Assembly: GCA_964016885.1 (NCBI GenBank)
Contig: OZ024740.1
Span: forward strand, 249,860,001 to 249,924,000
DNA from: Eledone cirrhosa
Lineage: Eukaryota
DNA length: 64,000 bases
Direction of reading: 5' to 3'
The position numbers and the translations under genes were made by a program. Below the pieces are notes generated by a model. The model saw nothing but the letters and a program-made list of their open reading frames with translations. It searched no databases and had not been told where the DNA came from. Shown in pieces: positions 1 to 12,123 of this stretch (position 1 is the first letter of the stretch; each line of letters starts with the position of its first letter).

Positions 1-1329
1 ATCTCCTCTGCGCAGAGGTCACATGTCTCAGAGGATGAATTAAAAGGAATCCCTCTTGAGACTATATTCCAAGCCATTGAATATCTAACGTTATCTAGCT
101 TAAGTTGCCAGAGTACGCCTGATAGTGCCGTTGAAGATTTTTTACTTGGATCTGTGAAAGAATTCTTGTGGTTATTATAGCGAAGTTTAAATTCCGTCGA
201 TGTGGAACCGACGTAGTTAAAAGAATTAGAGTCAGTATTAACATTACAATTGTATACTATATTTTTAACTAAGCAGTTGTTATTTAACGGACATTTAGAT
301 CTATCTCTACAGTTACATTTGTTAACTTGTATATTATTTATGCTATTATCAGTAGGTTTTAAGTTCCTATTATTTATTCTATTAATATTTTGTGCTAAAT
401 TTTTGGTGGATGAGTAGGTTAATTTAATTGTATGCCTATTGAAGATTGAGTGATACCTATGTGTTCTAGGGAAGCGATTATCAAGAGCTTTGAAAAATAA
501 TTTAGCGATGTGGGTTTTAATGTTTAGTGAGAAAGGGGGGGTAAACCAAATTATGTTCCTAGTTCTATTTCTTTTTTGTCCTTTGGAATTATTGTAATGC
601 TTTCTATTATAGTTGTTAAAGTTGTTGCCGTAATTAAAAAAGTTGTTACTTTGTTTAGTTTGTCTATCATTATCTATGTATACAATCTTATCAGTATACC
701 CTGCCCTAGCTAGTGCATCATTATAGTACTGGGCCTTTTCGTCAAAAATCTTTCTATTCGACGAGATCCTAGAGATACGTTTTTGGACTGAGTTTACTAT
801 AGTGTTTTTGACAGATCTGGGGTGGTTAGAGTTAAAGTTGACATAGTTTAAGTTTTCATTCAACTTGTGAAAAGGATAGTGGAGACATGTGTTGAGATTT
901 AATGTTATATCTAGGAAATTGACTATTCTATGGTTGTTCTCAATTTCTATTTTAAGGTTAAAGTAATTAAAAAATTTTGTAATTTGTTTACATTTTCTAT
1001 TTAGTTCAGGGTTATTATTATTAATAAGTAAAAGCATGTCATCCCTATATAAACCTCCGGTAGTACCAGGTATTTTCCTATGTAGCGAATTGATTAAAAA
1101 TAAGCCCACAAGGTCAGTTACCTGAACTGAGTCGGAAGATCCCATAGTTATGTCAAAATTGTTATCTCTATCTGCTCTGGTCCATAATTTGTCATTAAAT
1201 TCTATCAAAGTTTTCCTAGCCGATATAATATGCATTTCTTTGCTAGTTAGGTCCGTATGTTTGAATGCGTAATTTAGTGCCTTATTTAGTAGACTAGGAG
1301 TAATAGAAGAATAATAGTTAGCTATATCA
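1..1329 (-). mobile_element. Inverted, 5'-truncated copy of the adjacent Penelope-like element (runs off the window start)
   Basis: Reverse complement matches 2155..3486. By eye I found 5 transitions and one 3-nt deletion. It encodes the region from RT motif A to GIY-YIG. Confidence 0.95.
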
Positions 1330-1384
1330 CTTTACATGTATCTTGCTCCAATACTGTTGAGCGCTTTATATTATAACTGGAAAA

Positions 1385-3598
1385 ATGGAATTCTTTAAGA
1401 TTACTTCCTCTCTAAAAGACATACCTCTACCTAGAAACAAAGACTTTGTAAAACAACTAATAGATAAATCTGACTCTTTTATAAGGAGAATCAGGTGGCG
1501 TGCATTCCACTTTGATAAATCTAATGCAGACGAAAATATCTCGGACTTAAACAAAGTTTTCAAATCTAAAAGAAATCCACCCCCTAACAAACTTTTATCT
1601 GACTTTGAAAACGATATAATTTCTATCATACAAGGGGTCAAATTCAAGAGAAACTTTAAAGGCCAGGAATATCTGAAAGGCATTAAGGATAACATTGAGA
1701 GCTTAGAGAAAACTGAGAAGATCTTGGTGAAATCTGACAAGACCAACAACCTCTATGGAGTGCGGAAAGACATGTATAATGGCCTCATACTGAAAGAGCT
1801 GAGGAAAAAGTACAAGGTAGCAGATAAGGCCGAACTTGAGAAAATGAATGTTGAAGCATCTTGTATAATGCATGAGTTGGAAATTGAGAACAGAACACAA
1901 CCTTTCGTGCCCAGGAAACCGAAGATCAATATGAAGGACCACAAGAAGAATTTTGAAAATGACCTGCCAGTGAGATTGATCGCACCTTCAAAATCGGACC
2001 TGGGCAAATTAAGCAAAAACATTCTTGACAGGGTGATACAGCAAATTAAGAACTTGGATTGTGTATCTAACCTGAGCTTGTGGAAGGGAACTGGAGAGGT
2101 TGTTGAGTGGTTTAGGCAAATTAAATATAACAATAATAATAGGTTTATTCAACTTGATATAGCTAACTATTATTCTTCTATTACCCCTAGTCTACTAAAT
2201 AAGGCACTAAATTACGCATTCAAACATACGGACCTAACTAGCAAAGAAATGCATATTATATTATCGGCTAGGAAAACTTTGATAGAATTTAATGACAAAT
2301 TATGGACCAGAGCAGATAGAGATAACAATTTTGACATAACTATGGGATCTTCCGACTCAGCTCAGGTAACTGACCTTGTGGGCTTATTTTTAATCAATTC
2401 GCTACATAGGAAAATACCTGGTACTACCGGAGGTTTATATAGGGATGACATGCTTTTACTTATTAATAATAATAACCCTGAACTAAATAGAAAATGTAAA
2501 CAAATTACAAAATTTTTTAATTACTTTAACCTTAAAATAGAAATTGAGAACAACCATAGAATAGTCAATTTCCTAGATATAACATTAAATCTCAACACAT
2601 GTCTCCACTATCCTTTTCACAAGTTGAATGAAAACTTAAACTATGTCAACTTTAACTCTAACCACCCCAGATCTGTCAAAAACACTATAGTAAACTCAGT
2701 CCAAAAACGTATCTCTAGGATCTCGTCGAATAGAAAGATTTTTGACGAAAAGGCCCAGTACTATAATGATGCACTAGCTAGGGCAGGGTATACTGATAAG
2801 ATTGTATACATAGATAATGATAGACAAACTAAACAAAGTAACAACTTTTTTAATTACGGCAACAACTTTAACAACTATAATAGAAAGCATTACAATAATT
2901 CCAAAGGACAAAAAAGAAATAGAACTAGGAACATAATTTGGTTTGCCCCCCCTTTCTCACTAAACATTAAAACCCACATCGCTAAATTATTTTTCAAAGC
3001 TCTTGATAATCGCTTCCCTAGAACACATAGGTATCACTCAATCTTCAATAGGCATACAATTAAATTAACCTACTCATCCACCAAAAATTTAGCACAAAAT
3101 ATTAATAGAATAAATAATAGGAACTTAAAACCTACTGATAATAGCATAAATAATATACAAGTTAACAAATGTAACTGTAGAGATAGATCTAAATGTCCGT
3201 TAAATAACAACTGCTTAGTTAAAAATATAGTATACAATTGTAATGTTAATACTGACTCTAATTCTTTTAACTACGTCGGTTCCACATCGACGGAATTTAA
3301 ACTTCGCTATAATAACCACAAGAATTCTTTCACAGATCCAAGTAAAAAATCTTCAACGGCACTATCAGGCATACTCTGGCAACTTAAGCTAGATAACGTT
3401 AGATATTCGATGGCTTGGAATATAGTCTCAAGAGGGATTCCTTTTAATTCATCCTCTGAGACATGTGACCTCTGCGCAGAGGAGATATTCTTTATACTAA
3501 AATCTAAAAATTCCCTTAACCTACGGACAAATTTATTCAGTTGTTGCAAACATAGATTAAACTCAACGTTTAAATATAAATTTAAATTTAAAATGTAG
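1385..3598 (+). CDS. PLE polyprotein: reverse transcriptase plus C-terminal GIY-YIG endonuclease (737 aa)
   Basis: RT motifs FIQLDIANYYSSI, ITMGSSDSAQVTDLVGLFL, GLYRDDML, VNFLDITLNL. CxCx5C linker CNCRDRSKC. GIY-YIG-like NIVY...YVGST...FKLRYNNH. C-terminal CDLC...CKHR. The layout fits the Naiad clade. Confidence 0.93.
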   Translation: MEFFKITSSLKDIPLPRNKDFVKQLIDKSDSFIRRIRWRAFHFDKSNADENISDLNKVFKSKRNPPPNKLLSDFENDIISIIQGVKFKRNFKGQEYLKGIKDNIESLEKTEKILVKSDKTNNLYGVRKDMYNGLILKELRKKYKVADKAELEKMNVEASCIMHELEIENRTQPFVPRKPKINMKDHKKNFENDLPVRLIAPSKSDLGKLSKNILDRVIQQIKNLDCVSNLSLWKGTGEVVEWFRQIKYNNNNRFIQLDIANYYSSITPSLLNKALNYAFKHTDLTSKEMHIILSARKTLIEFNDKLWTRADRDNNFDITMGSSDSAQVTDLVGLFLINSLHRKIPGTTGGLYRDDMLLLINNNNPELNRKCKQITKFFNYFNLKIEIENNHRIVNFLDITLNLNTCLHYPFHKLNENLNYVNFNSNHPRSVKNTIVNSVQKRISRISSNRKIFDEKAQYYNDALARAGYTDKIVYIDNDRQTKQSNNFFNYGNNFNNYNRKHYNNSKGQKRNRTRNIIWFAPPFSLNIKTHIAKLFFKALDNRFPRTHRYHSIFNRHTIKLTYSSTKNLAQNINRINNRNLKPTDNSINNIQVNKCNCRDRSKCPLNNNCLVKNIVYNCNVNTDSNSFNYVGSTSTEFKLRYNNHKNSFTDPSKKSSTALSGILWQLKLDNVRYSMAWNIVSRGIPFNSSSETCDLCAEEIFFILKSKNSLNLRTNLFSCCKHRLNSTFKYKFKFKM

Positions 3599-5083
3599 TA
3601 TATTTAGTTTGATTTATATTTATATGAGAACTAGCCGATAATTTTTTGATTCCTAAATCTTTGATTCCCTCTTTTTACTCTTTTTTTATTGTTTATTTTT
3701 ATTTTATTTATTTTTATTTCTATCTAAACATTCCTCATGAAAAATTAAGCTACCCTAAAAGCCGATGCTCCAAATTTTTTGAATTAACCTTACACTAGAT
3801 AAATTTCTATATTAAATATAAGAACATATATAGACATAATTGGACATCATAATCTTTTTGAAATGTTCTTTGCTAGATGTGATTTGATAGATAATTTTTT
3901 GGCTTTGTCTTGTAATGAACTTGGCAATATATTGCCAATTAACTTTGAAGGGTTGTTCTTTGTGGTTTATTTTTATTTTTATTTTATTTTTATTTTTATT
4001 TTTTTTAGTATTGTAGTATTCTATAATATTTTTTTTTTTAGTATTGTAGTATTCTATAATATTTTTTATTTTTTATTTTCATTTTTAATATTTTTAATAC
4101 GTAATATTTTTTAATACGTAGTATTTTTAGTATGCAATATTTTTATTATGTAATATTCTTTCGTAATATTTTTTAGTTTAATATTATTATTGTTTTTTTA
4201 ATATTTAATAATAATAATATTTTAATATTTTTTTATTTTTTATTTTTTTTAGTTTTCTATTCTATATTTTTACTTATTATTATTATTATTGTTATCTTTC
4301 TATTTTTAGTTCTGTTTATAATATAATATATATTTTTATTAGTATATTGAAATCTGCTCTCTATTTCTGCTTGATAGATAATCTTGTAGAGTAATCGCAG
4401 GAATAATAATACGCTCAAATTTTTATACCACATTGAGAATGTTTTCCGGTAACTTAGAGTTTGCAGAGTGAATCAGTTAGATTCACATGGATATTTGTAA
4501 CTGTCATATAAACATATGAATTTTATAAAACTAAACATAAGATAATGAATTTTCACACATTATAGATACTTGTTTCATTCAGGAATACTGATATTTACAA
4601 TATAGTGTAAGTTTTATAAATACTAATACATTAAAACATAGGATTTTATACGCCTCGAATATGTCTGGCTATTTTTAAATTTTTTTTCTCTCTCTATATA
4701 TATCTCCCTTACATTAATACTTGCGCTAAATAAATAAATAAATGTATCATTGATACACTTACTCAAAATGACCTCCCACTACCTAATTTTCTATATATAT
4801 ATATGTATCTATCTCTATTTCCTCTCTCTCTATATATATATATATATATCTTTCTGTTTCTTTACATGAAGCTCTTCGCTTTATCTATTTTTCCATCTCT
4901 CTATTTTGTTCCATGCATTTCTGCATTTCTTCTTTTTCTTTTTCTTCCTTTTCTTCGTTTTGTCTTTCTTTCTTTTTCTCTTTCTTTCTCCCTGTATAAA
5001 ATTTTCACTGCTAGCGTAAACCTCTTCAAATGAAGTCGATGTATATTACGGTATGTCGAATATATTTATCTATAAAACTGTTT

Positions 5084-5160
5084 ATATTGTATTTTGTCTG
5101 ATGAAGGCATAGCATATTGTTAATATGATATCCCCGAAATATATATAATGAAATAAATAT
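5084..5160 (+). ncRNA. Type I hammerhead ribozyme motif in the PLE 3' UTR
   Basis: CTGATGA 5098-5104; stem II 5106-5134 (11 of 13 pairs); GAAA 5136-5139; palindromic TATATA then TA, with predicted cleavage after 5147; stem I TATTTTGT/ATGAAATA extended by ATATT/AATAT. Confidence 0.75.
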
Positions 5161-5287
5161 GGTTTTATAAATATAGTTTTCCATTTATTTAATATTGTAA
5201 ATATACTCCAAATATTTGTCGAGTGCTTTTATATCAGTTATAAATATTTACTAGTTGTAACCCAACAATTTTTAAATATAACTTTAC

Positions 5288-5320
<33 letters not shown>

Positions 5321-5341
5321 TATATACATATATATATATAT

Positions 5342-5404
<63 letters not shown>

Positions 5405-5453
5405 TATATATATATATATATACATATAAAGATATATATATACATATATATAT
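5288..5453. repeat. (TA)n/(TACA) microsatellite
   Basis: Directly visible. Confidence 0.98.
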
Positions 5454-5635
5454 AGACAACCACTCTTGCCTCAAGTGGGAAAACCCCCGTCCAAACCCAT
5501 GCAAGCGTGGAACACGGACGCTAAACCTGATGATGATGATGATGATGATATATAGATATATATATATACATATATAGATATATATATATACATATATAGA
5601 TATATATATATACATATATAGATATATATATATAC

Positions 5636-5921
5636 ATCATCATCTCATCATCTCATTTTACGTCCACTTTTCCCTGCTTGCAAGGGTGGGACGGGAACTG
5701 ATTCTGGCTTGATTTCTACAGCTGGATGCCCTTCCTAACACCAACCTCATTTACAGTGAGTGCTGGGTGCTTTTTTGCCGTGGCACCTCCACGACCACTT
5801 TACAGTGGAATGATAGGGACCCCAGTCCCTATCATCTCATTTCTACAGCTGAGTAAACTGGAGCAATGTGAAATAAAGTGCCTTGCTCAAGGAAACAACA
5901 CATCACCCGGTCTGAGAATTG

Positions 5922-5925
<4 letters not shown>
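5636..5925 (-). mobile_element. tRNA-derived SINE with CORE-like middle and RTE-type tail (5'-truncated)
   Basis: Reverse complement of the 13961..14305 copy; (CAT)n tail. Confidence 0.8.
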
Positions 5926-5961
<36 letters not shown>

Positions 5962-5986
5962 TAGATATATATATATACATATATCA

Positions 5987-7058
5987 TAGATTTTACATGT
6001 GGCCGGTGTTCTGGTGCAATAAGTAGCAGCAAGTGCCCACCAAATACTAGCTCTTTCAATTGCGCAGAGGGTTCTATAGAAATAGTGGACAGCTTCCGTT
6101 ACCTGGGCGATAAAATCAGCAGTGGGGGAGGGTGCTCTGAAAGTACTGTAGCTAGAGTCAGAACTGGTTGGAAAAAGTTCAGAGAGCTTATACCACTATT
6201 AGCTGCTAAAGGGTTCTCCCTAAAAATGAAAGGCAGGTTGTACGATGCCTGCATACGAACAGCAATGTTGCATGGCAGTGAGACCTGGGCATTGTGTGCA
6301 GAGGATATACGCAGACTAGAGAGGAACGAAGCTTGCATGCTCCGCTGGATGTGTAACAGTAATATACGTGAACGGCAAAGCATAAACGAACTAAGGAAAA
6401 AATTAGAAATAAGAGGGATCAGATGTTGTTTACTCGAGAGAAGGCTACGTTGGTATGGTCACGTGATGCGCATGAAAGACGACAGCTGTATAACAAAGTG
6501 CAGGGCAATAAAGATAGACGGTAGCTACGGAGTAGGCAGACCCAGAAAAACCTGGGACGAGCTGATAAACTCCGACCTCACACACTTACACCTCTCCAAG
6601 ACAATGTCACTGGACCGAGACCTTTGGCGGTACTCAGTAACAGAGAAGACCCGCCTTACCTAAATATATAGTAAAACCTACTCCAGCCAGTAGGCATCTC
6701 TAACAAAATACACCCCGTCCCACCACCACCACCACCCCCACCCCATCCACACCACCCCGTTCTATGTAAAGTTATGTTGGTGCCGCGCCATCCAGGCCGA
6801 AACAAATGAGATCGTGTAGGTGTCACGACAAAAAAACACACAGTCCACGCTGTAATGTGGCCGTGTAGGCAACACGGTAAAAACCTCCCAGACCCACACT
6901 GTAAATGTCGTTGGTGTTAGGAAGGGCATCCAACTGTAGAAAACCTGCCAGACAGTCCTATGCGAGCAAGACAATCACTCTTGCCTCAAGTGGGACTACC
7001 CCCGTCCAAACCCATGCAAGCGTGGAACACGGACGTTAAACGTTGATGATGATGATGA
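5987..7058 (+). mobile_element. RTE-clade LINE 3' fragment (family A)
   Basis: ORF 6085..6663 has FRYLG, LYDACIRTAMLHGSETW, RRLRWYGHVMR, GRPRKTW. The 3' UTR ends in (GAT)n. Confidence 0.9.
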
Positions 7059-7771
<713 letters not shown>

Positions 7772-7958
7772 GGGCGGTGAATTGGTAGTATCGGTAGAGG
7801 GTTGGACGCCATGCTTTCTAGCATAGTTACGTCCCTTTACAGTCTGAGTTCAAATCCCGCCGAGGTTAACTTTGCCTTTCATCCTTACGGGGTCGATAAA
7901 ATAAAGTACCAGTAATGCACTGGGTATTTGCTGGCCTTGTGCCAAATGTAGAAACAAT
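7772..7958 (+). mobile_element. tRNA-derived SINE (family S1)
   Basis: A-box-like TGGTAGTATCGG and B box GAGTTCAAATCC. Near-identical copies at 38198, 38688 and 59908. Confidence 0.85.
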
Positions 7959-8012
7959 ATATATATATATATATATACATACATACATACATACATATAT
8001 ATACATATATAG

Positions 8013-8067
<55 letters not shown>

Positions 8068-8076
8068 CATACATAC

Positions 8077-8125
<49 letters not shown>

Positions 8126-8130
8126 CATAC

Positions 8131-8163
<33 letters not shown>

Positions 8164-8212
8164 CATATATATATATACATACATATATATATATATATAT
8201 ATACATACATAT
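7959..8212. repeat. (TA)n/(TACA)n microsatellite
   Basis: Directly visible. Confidence 0.97.
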
Positions 8213-8480
8213 TTCATTTCATCATTTCATTTTACGTCCGCTTTTTCCTTGCTTGCAAGGGTGGGACGGGAACTGATGCTGGCTTGATTTCTACAGATGG
8301 ATGCCCTTCCTAACACCAACCTCATTTACAGTGAGTGCTGGGTGCTTTTTTGCCGTGGCACCTCCACGACCACTTTGCAGTGGAATGATATGGACCTCAG
8401 TCCCTATCATCTCATTTTTACAGCTGAGTAAACTGGAGCAATGTGAAATAAAGTGTCTTGCTCAAGGAAACAACACATCA
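8213..8480 (-). mobile_element. CORE-like SINE with RTE-type tail (truncated)
   Basis: Matches 5636..5925 and the reverse complement of 13961..14305. Confidence 0.8.
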
Positions 8481-8565
8481 TATATATATATATACATACA
8501 TATATATATATATATATACATACATATATATATATACATACATACATATATATATATATACATAC

Positions 8566-8598
<33 letters not shown>

Positions 8599-8727
8599 CA
8601 TACATACATACATATATACATACATACATATATATATACATACATATATATATATACATACATACATATATATATATATACATACATACATACACATACA
8701 TACATACATACACATACATACATACAC

Positions 8728-8759
<32 letters not shown>
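8481..8759. repeat. (TA)n/(TACA)n microsatellite
   Basis: Directly visible. Confidence 0.97.
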
Positions 8760-8762
<3 letters not shown>

Positions 8763-8799
8763 ATATAAGATCAAAAGATGGTTAAAGGAGTTCCATGTA

Positions 8800-8866
8800 T
8801 TTTATTATGCGCATTTCAAAAACAAACATCATCATGCAATAATATTTGTGTTTTCATCAGATAAAA
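8800..8866 (-). ncRNA. Type I hammerhead ribozyme motif (mirror copy)
   Basis: Exact reverse complement of 8994..9060. Confidence 0.8.
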
Positions 8867-8993
8867 CAGGAGAACATGATATGAAGGCTAAAAAACACTT
8901 GTGGATAGTGCAGTTTTAAATCAACATATCATATGTTGATTTAAAACTGCACTATCCACAAGTGTTTTTTAGCCTTCATATCATGTTCTCCTG

Positions 8994-9060
8994 TTTTATC
9001 TGATGAAAACACAAATATTATTGCATGATGATGTTTGTTTTTGAAATGCGCATAATAAAA
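8994..9060 (+). ncRNA. Type I hammerhead ribozyme motif
   Basis: Stem I TTTTAT/ATAAAA; CTGATGA 9000-9006; stem II 9007-9042 (15 of 16 pairs including G-U); GAAA 9043-9046; palindromic TGCGCA; TA, with predicted cleavage after 9054. Confidence 0.85.
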
Positions 9061-9183
9061 TACATGGAACTCCTTTAACCATCTTTTGATCTTATATTAT
9101 GTATACTCCAGTCCTACAAACTGTAGAGTGCTTCTTATCCGATATCTGCATTGCTTTATTGTACTAAAATAAAACTCACCTCC

Positions 9184-9222
<39 letters not shown>

Positions 9223-9851
9223 TGGTGGCTGCCAACTCGTTTTCAAGTATGGCCACTACTTTATATCCATGTAGGAGAACCCCTACCGATGCGCTGAACG
9301 AGTGGGACTTTTTAGTCCAGCCAGCGACTTGAAAACTCTGGTACAAACACTACACTTGTGACAAATATTGACACATAGTGCTGGGCCCATGGTACCATGT
9401 GACGACAAGTGCAAAGAGATCTCCAGATATAAAGCAATGCCTGTGCCGTGAAGCTTTTATAGTGAGCAAAGGCACTGCACAAAGTCCCTCTTAACCAAGA
9501 TGATATTTACCAAAAAGAAGTCAACATCATTGGATACCATCATGGTTGCAGGTGTTATATCAGAGTTTTCCTTCTCCTAGAATTCTGCCTTGACAAAGGC
9601 TAAGGGGTCATCTCTCCCAGTGATTTTGGATGGCCATTGACTCTTAAGAGCTCCTTTGCCCTTTGACAGGTTTTGTGTTTAGTCCTGCAGCATGTCCAAA
9701 GTCACCCTCCTCACCAAGAAACCTTGGTGGGGTTGCCAGTTTAGTCGCCAATGACCTGACAATGAGACAGGTTGTACTGGGATACATTACCAGTAGCACC
9801 AACTGGTGACCTGACATACATATATATATATATATACATACACATATATAT

Positions 9852-10985
9852 ATAGGAGAAAGTATGACCCCAACGGCAGAGCTCAAGCCGTTTCGACGGC
9901 TATTTCTGGTAAGAGTTTTTTTAGTCTGGTAAATAAATAGCCAAACTTTTCAAGGGGTACTTCCTTATATGGGAAGATTGGTCAAAAATTGTAGCAGACA
10001 CAGGAAAGTCTATTATGGCAGTGGGTGCGGGGTGGGGTGGCTGAACTTGCCTGTAGAACGATAGGGGAGTGGGTAGAGTCGGTCAAGCGTTGAAGGTGAA
10101 ATCTACACAGCAAATTCTAAGGAATGTGTATGAAAGTAGGCCAGAGGAGGTAGGCGAAAAAAGGAGGAGGGACGTTATAGAAAAGGTAAATCAAATGAGA
10201 TTAGGGGACAATAAAAAAATATAATAAAAAATGAGAGAAAGATATATCAGAATATAAGATTGGAAAGTGAGAAGTGAAATAAAACAAAAACTAAGGAGTC
10301 TAACACAGCTGCTATATAGTTGGTGCTGGTTAGGTGTGGTGCTGTAGGATAGCTTGATAGTATTTTTGTTGATTATGTTGTGGTAGCAGTGTTGTGGTGG
10401 AAAGTGTTTTTCGAGAAGCCTAAAGAAGATTTTCCCGATAGGTGCTGCTACCTCGGCATTGTAGGGAAGATTGAACCACGTTACGTGGTTTTTTATTATA
10501 TTTTTTCTTTGTCCCCTGATCTCATTTGATTTACCTTTTCTATAACGTCCCTCCTCCATTTTCTAAAGAAACCTTTTTTTGCCTACCTTCCCTGGCCTAC
10601 TTTCATACAGATTCCTTAGAATTTGCTGTGTAGATTTCACCTTCAACGCTTGACCGGCTCTACCCACTCCCCTATCGTTCTACAGGCAAGTTCAGCCACC
10701 CCCACCTCGCACCCACTGCCATAATAGACTTTCCTGTGTCTGCTACAATTTTTGACCAATCCTCTTGACAACTACAATCTTCCCATATAAGGAAGTACCC
10801 CTTGAAAAGTTTGGCTATTTATTTACCAGACTAAAAGAACTCTTACTTTAGTCCAGAAATAGCCGTCGAAACGGCTTGAGCTCTGCCGTCGGGGTCATAC
10901 TTTCTCCTATTACCCACTCTACTACCCTAAGTATTGAGTACTCTGGTGCGTTATGGTCCATCTGGTTCCTTACCACAACTCCTTC
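9852..10985 (-). mobile_element. Truncated, internally deleted PLE of a second Naiad-like family, with an inverted duplication of its 3' UTR
   Basis: Minus-strand peptide WFNLPYNAEVAAPIGKIFFRLLEKHFPPQHCYHNIINKNTIKLSYSTTPN (about 10330-10488) aligns to WFAPPFSLNIKTHIAKLFFKALDNRFPRTHRYHSIFNRHTIKLTYSSTKN in the 737-aa ORF. Inverted arms at 9852..10231 and 10489..10910. Confidence 0.85.
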
Positions 10986-11227
10986 ATTATATATATATAT
11001 ACACATATATATATATATATATATATGTGAATGTATATATATGTATATATACAAATATATATATATATGTATATACATACATATATATATACATACACAT
11101 ATATATATATACATACATATATATAAATATATATATACATATATACATACATATATATATACATATATATACATATATACATACATATATATATACATAT
11201 ATATACACACACATATATACATATATA

Positions 11228-11527
11228 TACACACAATGCACACAATGCAGATCCTGGGTACACAAGAGATGTAGCGGGATAGCAGGCAAACTAACAGGTA
11301 GGGAGAAATATGTATGCAGTAGATGTACAGGGAAATTAGACAGTAGAAGTCGCATTGATAGACACATTTTTCAAATGCAGGAGGACGCTATCGAAGTGGT
11401 GGATAGCTTCCGGTACCTAGGAGATCAGATTAGCATGGGAGGAGGGTGTTCCGAGGCCATAGTATCTAGAATAAGGACGGGAAGCAGGGAAAAGTGGACG
11501 TAAAATGATGATGATGATGATGATGAT
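11228..11527 (+). mobile_element. RTE LINE fragment (family A)
   Basis: [15 protein letters not shown]...[12 protein letters not shown], followed by a (GAT)n tail. Confidence 0.8.
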
Positions 11528-11584
11528 ACACACACATACATATATATACACATATATATATATTTATTAGAATAACAGATTAAA

Positions 11585-11632
11585 GTTTAAGCAAAGAATC
11601 GCTGCTTTCACCCTTAACGGGATCTTCTGAAA
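11585..11632 (-). ncRNA. Hammerhead-like motif with variant core CAGAAGA
   Basis: Minus strand reads TTT-CAGAAGA-TCCCGTTAAGGGT-GAAA-GCAGCGATTCTTTGC-TT-AAAC, with stems I, II and III all paired. Confidence 0.6.
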
Positions 11633-11865
11633 TTAAAAAAAATCCATCTGTGAACGCAGAAGTAAAGATTTCGAAAAACGTTGCAGCCGAAGGAAAACGG
11701 GAAGACGATACTTTGGTTCGTGAAGACGCTCGCTGGCAATGAACGGGAAAAAAGTGAAGATAATACGTCATTATGTGGAGCGATGAGAACAATTACAAAG
11801 ACAAAACCACGTTTAGGATATAAATGAAGTCGTAGACTAATATTCAATTTAGGAAATCGTGTATA

Positions 11866-11907
<42 letters not shown>

Positions 11908-12024
11908 TATATAGTAATAATAATAAATTTGAAGACTAAAGTCCAAAGAGGGTTCGATAAGGATAAATATATATCAAATATATAAGAACCGTAGAGCAAA
12001 TATTTATTAAAATAACAGATTAAA

Positions 12025-12090
12025 GTTTAAGCAAAGAATCGCTGCTTTCACCCTTAACGGGATCTTCTGTTTCAGAAGATCCCGTTAAGG
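12025..12090 (-). ncRNA. Second copy of the CAGAAGA hammerhead-like motif, 5'-truncated and folded back
   Basis: Same sequence as 11585..11629, then the hairpin CCTTAACGGGATCTTCTG-TTT-CAGAAGATCCCGTTAAGG. Confidence 0.55.
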
Positions 12091-12123
12091 ATATATATAT
12101 ATACATACATATATATATATAAG

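Larger units (their letters stand above)
1330..5285 (+). mobile_element. Penelope-like retroelement (Naiad type), apparently full length, with a long AT-rich 3' UTR
   Basis: Intact RT plus GIY-YIG ORF, then about 1.7 kb of AT-rich UTR carrying a hammerhead motif and ending in a (TA)n tract. The 3' boundary is approximate. Confidence 0.85.
8760..9100. repeat. Perfect 341-bp palindrome (170-bp arms, 1-nt centre at 8930)
   Basis: 8760..8929 is the reverse complement of 8931..9100; centre TCAACATAT-C-ATATGTTGA. Confidence 0.97.

Noticed and set aside
3780-4560. Antisense ORF in the PLE 3' UTR
   Set aside because: The frames I translated are short and stop-interrupted, with no recognisable motif.
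1385-5285. Selenoprotein-type Naiad (UGA recoding with SECIS)
   Set aside because: The ORF has no in-frame UGA and ends in TAG, and I could not identify a SECIS.
9221-9812. GC-richer segment, possibly a LINE 5' UTR with an HDV-like ribozyme
   Set aside because: I could not build the nested double pseudoknot by eye, so it is left unassigned.
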